A stretch of 21,237 bases of DNA from Octopus sinensis (GCF_006345805.1 NW_021823993.1:1-21237); one strand, 5' to 3'. Counted from the first letter of the stretch, positions 9,382 through 18,775 are shown. Program-made: numbers and translations. The notes: generated by a model from the letters alone, not told the origin.

Positions 9382-9561
9382 TATATATATATATATCAAT
9401 ATACGTATACACATATAGTCATATATATACATATATACTATATATAATATATATATATATATATTATATATATATATATATATATATTATATATGTATAC
9501 ACATAACAAATCATATATATATAGAGGCACATATACATACAAACTTATATGATTATATATG

Positions 9562-9610
<49 letters not shown>

Positions 9611-9649
9611 GTATATATATGTATATTATATGTGCGTGTGTGAAAGTGT

Positions 9650-9695
9650 GTAGAGTAATATGCTTTATTTAAAGGCAGCAGAAGTATAACAAAAG
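9650..9695 (-). repeat. 46-bp copy of the HHR-bearing repeat at 11739-11784
   Basis: 45/46 identical to 11739-11784. Confidence 0.9.
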
Positions 9696-9995
9696 AAGTA
9701 TATATCAACGGCATTGGTCGTGAGCCTGTAATTTGTTCTGCAAACAAGTTCATGGTGTGTTTTTTCCGTTTTGAAGTCAGAGTCTGAAGAATATTAACAA
9801 CAACAACAACAACCACAGTAGCAGCAGCAGCAGCAGCAATAACAATTTCAACCAAAACAGCAACGATACCAATATTAATGAGAATGACAACAATACTCTG
9901 ACAGTTAATAGAATTGAGAATTAGATATTGCATACACACTATACACGCATGCACATACATATACACATACATACATACATACATACATACATACA

Positions 9996-10031
<36 letters not shown>

Positions 10032-10046
10032 TACACATATTTACAC

Positions 10047-10080
<34 letters not shown>

Positions 10081-10214
10081 ATACGTATATATTACATATA
10101 CATATGTATTTATATTATGCATGCGTTAATATAAAATAAAATAATAATAATATTAATAATAATATATATACGCATGTATAAATGTATATATATATATATA
10201 TATAACTAATTTTT

Positions 10215-10590
10215 CCACCGTCTAGGCCTAAAAAAGCCCTTTTTGTTGGTTCCCTGTCCTGTTATTCCTTATTTGTACTGTTTTTTCTACTGTTTTTTCT
10301 TCATTTGTATTGCTTTTACGTCCTGTTCTTGTCACTTGTTTTACCCCTCTGCAAAAGAATTTCATTTAATTCCTTTTGCAGGAAGGATTGTTTCGGCCTG
10401 GCCGTGTTCTGCGCTTACCTTCGAAACACGCAGTGAGTCGAACCAGGGGCAGCTGATGAAGGGGAATTTTCCTTGTATTGTTTGTCCTGTATTCTGTTTT
10501 TTCGTTGTTAAAAAAAAGAGTCCGTTTCCTTGTTTGATTTTATGTTTTCGTTTCTCGTTGTGTTCTATGTTTAATTGTGGTGTCCTGTAC
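10215..10590. mobile_element. Unclassified T-rich interspersed repeat with partial hammerhead-like boxes
   Basis: Contains CGAAAC and CTGATGA boxes, but no complete fold could be built. Family unknown. Confidence 0.3.
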
Positions 10591-10612
10591 TCATACACAC
10601 ACACACACACAC

Positions 10613-10663
<51 letters not shown>

Positions 10664-10917
10664 TCGTATATATACATGTAGATGTAAGTATGTACATATA
10701 TGTATGTATATATGCATATATTTTATTTATTTATTATATTGTTATTATATATATCTATATACATATATATGCATATACTATGACTTGCATATTTATGAAT
10801 GATGCATTCCTGCAGATTCGAACATGAGTATGCTAATCGCTGTTGCTTTTCCTCACTGAAGAGTAACTTCTTAACGACGAATGCATGTTCATCACACGCT
10901 CGATTCTTTAGCTCAAA

Positions 10918-10974
10918 GAATTCTGGGACACTTTGTGTTTCGATTTCATTGCGTCTCGTCAGCGAAATGCATTC
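10918..10974 (-). ncRNA. Type I hammerhead ribozyme with intact catalytic core
   Basis: rc: GAAT-gca-TTTCG CTGACGA GA-cgcaatgaaa-TC GAA ACAC-aaa-GTGT C CCAGA-ATTC. All core nucleotides, a 4-bp stem III and the GUC triplet are present. Stem II has only 2 bp and stem I has one C.C mismatch. Confidence 0.65.
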
Positions 10975-11004
10975 CGGACTGTTAAACCTTTGCCTAACCA
11001 CTAG

Positions 11005-11229
11005 GCTACGGAGACATAAGCTCACTAACACCGGTTGCCAAATGGTGACAAACATAGACCCCCACCCCACGTCTAGCGTTACTCAGTTTCCGCCTATCAT
11101 ATCCACTCCGAAGGCACCGGTCGACCTGAGGCGATAGCAGAAGTCATTTACCTAAGATGCCACTCACAGGAATTGAACCAAAGAACACGTCGTTGGGAAG
11201 CAGACCCCCCCCCCACAGCCATACCTGCA
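11005..11229 (-). mobile_element. Old, diverged family A SINE (5' two-thirds)
   Basis: The rc head GCAGGTATGGCTGTG..GGTTCAATTCC and CAGTTTCCGCCTA / ACACCGGTTG match family A blocks. Confidence 0.75.
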
Positions 11230-11707
11230 CTTTGATATTTAATATAATATGATATGAGATTTAATTCTTCTTATCCGTCACAGGTAAGCCCATAACCAGG
11301 GAGGCTGATGCAATATTAATTCCGATGGATGTTTTATACAACGGACATTATTTTTTAAGCGGAATTAAGCACCTCTTTGTTTCATGTTTATCTCGAAAGG
11401 AGACGAAGGATTTGCGTAGCGGAGGATAATCTACATGGATTACATGGATTACACAACGGAAGGTTTGGGATATCATGTAAATGTTTGTAACGAAGCAGCT
11501 TTGGCCAAGTTTCATATTCTCACATTTCATATAACTCCATAGATGTAGTCCTGTAAATGTCACGCTTCTGGAACATAGGTTCCATTTACTGTTGCAGGAA
11601 TGGATGAAGAATGCAAGAGAAGGTGACTGCAACTCACCTCTCTCTCTCTCTCGCTCTGCATATACATACATGCATACATACATACATACATATGTATGTA
11701 TGTATGC

Positions 11708-12000
11708 AAGTGGAAAGAAGAGTACTCAAATACCAGCGGTAGAGTAATATGCTTTATTTAAAGGCAGCAGAAATATAACAAAAGCTGTTATTCAGAGTTT
11801 CACGTTCCCGCTCGTCGGACAGTTTTGTTAAACAAAAAAAAAAAGAGAAATTCCGTGCTGCACGGAATTTTGTCAGTGAACAGTTAACGGTCTCAAAGCG
11901 ACGAAAATATTTTGGCAGATTAAATTTAAATGTTGAAGTGAATCTAGCAGTTTTTGCGTGTTTTTAAATGGCTTATACACACCTTCCATGCTGCAATTCT
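11708..12000 (-). mobile_element. Penelope-like terminal-repeat remnant carrying an HHR and a 23-bp palindrome
   Basis: Contains the HHR at 11776-11830, has a second partial copy at 9650-9695, and is bounded by microsatellites. The class is inferred from the HHR type. Confidence 0.5.
11776..11830 (-). ncRNA. Type I minimal hammerhead (CCGACGA variant), mutated at position 16.2
   Basis: rc: TAACAAAA-CTGT CCGACGA GCG-GGAA-CGT GAA ACTC-T-GAAT A ACAG-c-TTTTGTTA. Stem I has 12 bp with one bulge and stem II is capped by a GNRA loop. Stem III has a C.A mismatch (plus-strand T11791). Confidence 0.72.
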
Positions 12001-12001
12001 T

Positions 12002-12048
<47 letters not shown>

Positions 12049-12344
12049 TAAAGAGGTGGCTTATTGGCAATTAGAACCTAAAGGCAAAATTAATAGAGGT
12101 CAGAAAAGTGACGGAGGGTGCTGACTAACACCGAATTATGCTTAAATAAGAGTTAAATTATCTCCCAAGCCACTGAAGCACTATACTCAGTGACTGACAA
12201 AGGGAGGTAAGTCCCTAGCGTATATAGTCGTATCGCGATTTCGAATTTTGCTGTTATCAGCGGCTCTTAACACCTGGAGGCTTGAAAGCGCTGCACCTAG
12301 TTTGCGGCAACATACGGCTCTTGTGAAGGACGGGAACGAAATTA

Positions 12345-12692
12345 TACATGTATGCATGTATGCATGTGTGTATGCATGTATGCATGCATGCATGTATGTA
12401 TGTATGTAGGTGTGTGTGTATGTATGTATGTATGTATGTATGCATGTATGCATGTATGTATGTATGTATGTATGCATGCATGCATGCATGTATGTATGTA
12501 GGTGTGTGTGTATGTATGTATGCATGTATGTATGCATGTATGTATGTATGTATGTATGTATGCATGTATGCATGTATGTATGCATGTATGTATGTATGTA
12601 CGTATGTACGTATGTATGTATGTATGCATGTATGTATGTATGCATGTATGTATGTATGTATGTATGTATGTATGTATGTATGTATGTATGTA
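12345..12692. repeat. (ATGT/ATGC)n tetranucleotide array with a 92-bp higher-order duplication
   Basis: The marker GTAGGTGTGTGTGTATG occurs at 12406 and 12498. Confidence 0.95.
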
Positions 12693-13055
12693 TTAAAAAG
12701 CAAATTATCATCGTTAACAGAAACTCTTTACACTTTTATGAAATTACGCTACCGGTTTCAGTCGCTTAAGAAGACAACTTAGTCGTGCCTAAATGCTTTG
12801 GAAAGTTTATTGATATATATTAGATAAAATTAACTGTTCATGGGACCAGTTTTCTAAGTTTACAGAAATCACATGGTTCTTAAATTTCATTTTGTTCTGA
12901 TTGTTGCTGATTCGCAGTATTTGCCGGCTGCAGTAGGAGGGGGAGTGGCTATTAGAAGTAAGAGTAACACACACACACACACACACACATGCACGCATGC
13001 ACAGACACACATTTATGTATATATGAATGTATATATATATATGCATGCAATACAC

Positions 13056-13087
<32 letters not shown>

Positions 13088-13467
13088 TATATTATATAAT
13101 ATATATATATATATATATATATTATATCAATATATATATATATACATACATACCCATGTAGTGTTATATCAAAATATGGCGATATATATATCATGACATC
13201 GAAATTAATATATTCTCAAGAGGCTTTTTGAAAAAATACATGACATGTGCGTGTATGTGTGAGTGTGTATGAATATGTATGTGATGTATGTGTGAGTATG
13301 CACATGCGTGTGCGTGTGTATGTGTGTGTGTGTGTGTGTGTGAGTGTGTGTACACGAAGCTAGCGACTCACTCAGTCTGCCTTTCATCACATCAATTTCA
13401 TAGAAATATATACACTCTGTAAACGTATCTGTACTCTTTCTCCCGTCTATAATATTACATACAGTCC

Positions 13468-13475
13468 TACACACA

Positions 13476-13519
<44 letters not shown>

Positions 13520-13521
13520 AC

Positions 13522-13556
<35 letters not shown>

Positions 13557-13690
13557 TACACACACACATACACATACACACACACACACACATACACACG
13601 TGTCTGTCTGACTGCTTTTGTGTGTGTGTGTATGTGTATGTGTGTGTGTGTGTGTATGTGTGTGTGTGTGTGTGTGTGTTTGTGTGTTTA
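13468..13690. repeat. (CA)n followed by (TG)n around a ~20-nt spacer
   Basis: Direct inspection. Confidence 0.95.
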
Positions 13691-13822
13691 CGCGCGCGCG
13701 TGTACGTGGAGACAAACTATTACATCTTTAATAAAATTTCTTGCCAGAGGGGAAACAATTTAGTTATAAATAATTTTGTAAGTATACAAATATACAAAGA
13801 TATATGTGTGTATGTATGAATG

Positions 13823-13864
<42 letters not shown>

Positions 13865-13907
13865 TACGTAAATGTAGAAATCAATATCAAATAATAACGT
13901 ATCAATG

Positions 13908-13935
13908 CCATCGTCGTCGTCATGATCGTCATCCC

Positions 13936-13968
<33 letters not shown>

Positions 13969-13995
13969 CTCCACCATCACCATCACCATCATCAT

Positions 13996-14032
<37 letters not shown>

Positions 14033-14199
14033 GTCGTCGTCGCCGCAGCCGCCGCCGCCACCACCACCACCACCGCCGCCGCCACCACCACCACCACCAC
14101 CGCCGCCACCACCAAAACCACCGCCACCGCCACCACCGCCACCACCACCACCACCGCCACCACCGCCACCACCACCACCTTCACCGCCGCCACCGCCTC

Positions 14200-14239
<40 letters not shown>

Positions 14240-14292
14240 ACCACCACCACCATCACCACCATCATCACCATCATCGTCATCACTATTATTAT
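13908..14292. repeat. GC-rich compound trinucleotide array (CAT/CGT/CGC/CAC)
   Basis: Direct inspection; source of the poly-H/G/T/V ORFs. Confidence 0.95.
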
Positions 14293-14720
14293 TAATTTCT
14301 CTAGTCTTACTTTTGACGTGTCTTCTCTCCCTCTCTGTGTGTTGGGCACAGTACAATGTTTTATTTCGCTTTCTCGTTTCCTTTTGCTATAAATGTACCC
14401 CTTTACACAACACAGGGGCCAAGTACTAAGTACTGTTCCATGTGGGGGTGCAAATGCGTGTGTGCAAATGTCGAGGTGTTCTTCTAAATACAAGCACTCA
14501 GTCCCATGCGAGCGAGTATGGCGTGGTAACAAGCACCCTTATTGCTTTAGGTGTATATGTGCGTGCGGGCGGGAGGGCTGGCATAAAGATAATAAACGTT
14601 GTTTTGTCTGAACATCACGAAAAGGAGCTGAATTCCTGGCCCTTTTCTTTATCTCTATCCCTGAGTCATGCGATGAAATATTAAGAAGTTCTAAGCGACA
14701 CTGAAAAGAAACTATATACA

Positions 14721-14887
14721 CAGGAGTGGCTGTGTGGTAAGTAGCTTGCTTACCAACCACATGGTTCCGGGCTCAGTCCCACTGCGTAGCACCTTGAGCA
14801 AGTGTGTTCTACTATAGCCTCGGGCCGACTAAAGCCTTGTGAGTGGATTTGATTGACGGAAACTGAAAGAAGGTCGACGTATATATG

Positions 14888-14939
<52 letters not shown>

Positions 14940-15162
14940 TGTGTGTGTATGTGTGTGTGTGTATGTGTGTATGTTTATGTGTCTGTGTTTGTCCCAGCAA
15001 CATCGCTTGACGGCCGATGCTGGTGTGTTTACGTCCCCGTAACTTAGCGGACCGATAAAAAGTACTAGGCTTACAAAGAAGAAGTCATGGGGTCGATTTG
15101 CTCGACTAAAAGGCGGTGCTCCAGCCTGGCCGCAGTCAAATGACTGAAACAAATAAACGAAA
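14721..15162 (+). mobile_element. Family A SINE with expanded internal (TA)n(TG)n
   Basis: Collinear with 8991-9381; internal microsatellite at ~14880-14985. Confidence 0.92.
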
Positions 15163-15478
15163 ACACACACATACACACACACACACACACCATGTTTTGA
15201 GTCACTCCTGTGCTTCTGATAAATACCAATAGAGAGTGTACATATTTTGGGTTCTCTGTTACATGTTTGTATCACCAAATCTATCTATCCATGTATGTTT
15301 GTATGTATGTATGTATGTTTGTATGTATGTATGTTTGTATGTATGTATGTATGTATATATATGTATGTACGTATGTGTCTGCCTGTGTGCCTGTTTTCTT
15401 GGATGTAATCATCTCTTTAAAAGGTTAATATATCCTCTCTCTCCCCCTTTCACTCTCCCCCCTCTCTCTCTCTCTATA

Positions 15479-15861
15479 TCTCTCTATATATAAACGGCAG
15501 TTTGTCTGTGTGTGTTTCTGTGTGTCTGTTTGGTTGTACCCTCACCCTGACCACGGCTTTCAACCGATTCTGATGAAACTTGACACACACATAGCCCAAT
15601 GTCATAATTCAAAACTAACGCAGCGAAAATTTTGAAAAGTTCCCCCAGTTCTGAAAAAAATTGATAAATTCGACATGGGGTCGAGAATCAGAAACACAAA
15701 CCACAGACTGTCTAGGGGACGCAACTCCACCTTTTTAACTCTCAAAAAAATTTACCATCATTTTTTTCCCATTTTTTTGCTATTTTTGGGCTATAACTCT
15801 CTAAAAATGCTTTATAGTTATTTCCCTTACAAACCTGAGCAACGCCGGGCGATACTGCTAG
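15479..15861 (+). mobile_element. Complete non-autonomous Helitron (~380 bp)
   Basis: A|TC at the 5' end followed by TATATATAAA and a (TGTC)-like tract. Subterminal hairpin CCTGAGC-AAC-GCCGGG (15834-15849), then CTAG (15858-15861)|T. These are canonical Helitron termini. Confidence 0.85.
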
Positions 15862-15907
15862 TATATATATACACACAGGTAAGGAAAAGAGTATTTTCGA
15901 GAAAATA

Positions 15908-16302
15908 GATGTGGTTGTGTGGTAAAATGTTTGCTTGCTAATCACACGGTCCCGGGTTCAGTCCCACTGCCTTGTAACTTAGGCAACTGTCTTCAACTGT
16001 CTCGGGCCAATTAGAGCCTTAGCTTGTGACTAGGTTTTGTAGACGGAAACTGAAAGAAGCCCGCAGTATGCATATATGTGTGTGTCTTTGTGTCTGTGTT
16101 TCTCCTTGTCTCCCCACCCCTACCTTGACAACCGGTGTTGGTGTGTTTACTTTACCGTAACTAAGCGGTTCGACAAATCAGCCCGATTGAACAAGTACCA
16201 GGTTTAACCAAAAAGAACTATGAACGGTTCTTTCAATTAACAGTTCTGCTCCAGCATGGCCGCAGTGTGATGACTGAAATAAATAAAGGATAAAAGATAA
16301 AA
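15908..16302 (+). mobile_element. Diverged family A SINE
   Basis: CCCGGGTTCAGTCCC, GACGGAAACTGAAAGAAGCCC and GCTCCAGCATGGCCGCAGT blocks, plus a (GATAAAA)-type tail. Confidence 0.88.
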
Positions 16303-16599
16303 AATGAAACGCCATTTTGACGCTGAATGTGGATCTGCTCGAAAACGTATCGGCTGTTTTGTGAATGGGGGATGGGGGACTGGACGTGGAATGTCTGTGG
16401 ACGTGTCTGTCTGTCTGTCAAGAGCTGAGCCCGTCAGTCACAAGCGGAGCCATACGCGTGGAATACCAATTTGTCTGAGTGCCCAATGTTCTTAATGGTC
16501 AGTGATGGTCTTTTTGAATCACGAGTAGACGACCATCATCTGTAACCTGATATAATAAGGGTTCCCTGAAGATCTGTCGTGTTCATCCTCATTTTCCAT

Positions 16600-16709
16600 A
16601 TACATTTATGTATATATACATATACATGTAATATGTAATATGTATATATATATATATATATATGTACATGTATGTAACTATGTAATATAATATGATACAA
16701 CATAAATAT

Positions 16710-16745
<36 letters not shown>

Positions 16746-16830
16746 CATACACACATATGCATATATATACATACACATACACACATATACAAACATATAT
16801 TCATACACATATATTTATGTATATATGTAT
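16600..16830. repeat. (TA)n/(CA)n microsatellite field
   Basis: Direct inspection. Confidence 0.9.
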
Positions 16831-17308
16831 AGTGTTCCAAGACAAGAGACACGTATACACAAAAACAAACAAAATTTTGTAAATGTTCGAAATATGGTCG
16901 ATGGGGGGGGGGTGTTGATAATCCACTTAAAGAGGATCAATCCTGCATACCAGAATCACAAACATCTACTTTAAGCATATATTTTCTTTACCCTTTCCTC
17001 CGATCTCATCTTCAAGCAAAACTCAAGTCCTTCTCAGTATTTAAAACATCAAACTTGTTACTTTAGAGGAAGAAAGAGATTTCTTGTTTTGCTTCTCTTT
17101 CAGGTTATAAGTGGTAGTTGAAGGAGCTGATGACAGTGTAGTCAAAGACACCGTCCGTGGTTCTATCAACGCCGTCCGTTATACATAGCCTCAGGGCTGA
17201 TGGGGGAACTGTTTTTTCCCCAACCAAGTCCTTTATAGCAGAAACTAAACGACGAGATCTTTACAACAGACTCGAATAACAGCTGGATTTGCACCGCGTG
17301 ATGACAAA

Positions 17309-17440
17309 TTAATAATAACAATAATAACAAACAACAATAATAATAATAATTGATAATAAATAATGATAATGATGATATAATAATATAATAATAATAATAT
17401 AATAATAATAATGATAAGATAATAATATAATAATAATAAT

Positions 17441-17474
<34 letters not shown>

Positions 17475-17595
17475 TTTATGTTAATAATAATAATGATAAT
17501 AATATGTTAATAATAATTATAATAATAATAATGTAATAATAATAATAATAATGTTAACAATAATATAATATTGTTAATAATAATAATGTTAATAA

Positions 17596-17633
<38 letters not shown>

Positions 17634-17655
17634 TAATAATAATAATATAATAATA
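17309..17655. repeat. (AAT)n microsatellite
   Basis: Direct inspection; further (AAT)n tracts at 18212-18290 and 18481-18540. Confidence 0.95.
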
Positions 17656-18211
17656 AATGCCCTGATGCAGTACCAGGCAGTGGCTCTCATGGCTTCTGAT
17701 CTTACTGATTGGAAGTGTTATCATGTACATTGTTTTGTCTTGGTAAAAGATGGGCTACAGCAAATATTCTGCTCAATACCACAGATTTGCTTGTCAGTTG
17801 TTTGACCTAACCAGTTGAGCTTGTCCCTTAGTGGCTGACGATATGTGCATCTCTGATCACGAGCAGAAGTAGTGGGGGAGCATCATCATAGCCATTGTGT
17901 TGAGAGGGATTCTTTGGGGTTTGAATAATTCCCTCTGGAAACACGGGTGGTTCTTTCAACATCCTTAAACAACCCTTACTCAGGGACCTTTTGAGCGGGA
18001 TGGGCTACTCAACCTGAAGAAAATTCTACTGGGCCCCACCTGCAAGGTCATGTGGCTTTTTATCTTGATATGAGATCACCATGTCGCGCACATATGGTTG
18101 TGATGCATGTGCCTGGTGTACCCTTATCAGACGGGTAGTCATAATGGGTATATTGGGCTTCGTATATTTTACCCCAGTGTCACTTTGATGGCATGAACTG
18201 CTCTCTCACTC
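17656..18211. mobile_element. ~555-bp non-coding interspersed element embedded in (AAT)n, class unresolved
   Basis: Sharp-edged complex sequence with (AAT)n on both sides and no ORF of 60 aa or more. I recall it as an abundant octopus repeat (unverified). Confidence 0.55.
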
Positions 18212-18290
18212 AATAATAATAATAATAATAATAATGATAATATTGTAATTAATAATAATTTTATAATAATAATAATAATAATAATAATCA

Positions 18291-18480
18291 TTTCTACTAT
18301 AGGCACAAGGCCTGAAATTACATCGACCTCAGTACTTAACTGGTATTTATATTATCGACCTCGAAAGGATGACAGGAAAAGTCGATCTCTGCGGAATTTG
18401 TGCTCAGAACGTAAAGATAGACGAAATGCCCCGAAGCATTTTGCCCGGCATGCTAACGATTCTGCCAGCTCGCTACCTTA
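18291..18480 (-). mobile_element. Family B SINE (tail type 1, internal deletion) inserted in (AAT)n
   Basis: Homologous to 2954-3174, e.g. TTTCTACTATAGGCACAAGGCCTGAA and TCGACCTCGAAAGGATGA. Confidence 0.85.
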
Positions 18481-18675
18481 ATAATAATAATAATAATAAT
18501 AATAATGAAATAATAAAAATGAAATAATAATAATAATAATAACAACAACAACCACGTATCAAAGCTTATAATGTGCAGAAAAAGGCCCTGTGAAACCTCT
18601 GACAGCAAGCAGGCTGCTGTCGGCTCTCGTAGAATCTACCAGGGCAAACAAGACCGAACGCTCTGTGAAGTAAAG

Positions 18676-18704
18676 CAACAACAACAACAACAACAACAAC
18701 AACA

Positions 18705-18759
<55 letters not shown>

Positions 18760-18774
18760 AACAACAACAATAAC
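18676..18774. repeat. (CAA)n(CAG)n(CAA)n trinucleotide array
   Basis: Direct inspection. Confidence 0.97.
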
Positions 18775-18775
18775 A

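Noticed and set aside
10395-10480. CGAAAC and CTGATGA boxes as a type II/III hammerhead
   Set aside because: Could not build consistent stems I and III in either orientation.
12170-12206. 37-nt candidate exon TEALYSVTDKG with GAG|gtaagt donor
   Set aside because: Weak acceptor and phase-incompatible with the next candidate exon; insufficient support.
12745-12790. Minus-strand GTC..GAC-T-GAAACCGGTA
   Set aside because: The CUGANGA box is absent (CTAAGTT); only half a motif.
13720-14532. Long poly-V/A/M, poly-G/D and poly-H ORFs (up to 270 aa)
   Set aside because: Stop-poor trinucleotide array that is open in several frames on both strands; no evidence of coding.
1047-16852. Dozens of ORFs rich in HT/CV/IY/MYVC/HTYI repeats
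   Set aside because: They are translations of (CA)n, (TG)n, (TA)n and (ATGY)n microsatellites; the starts are often non-ATG and no domain content is present.
16903-16912. G10 run as a G-quadruplex
   Set aside because: A single short G tract without the additional G runs needed.
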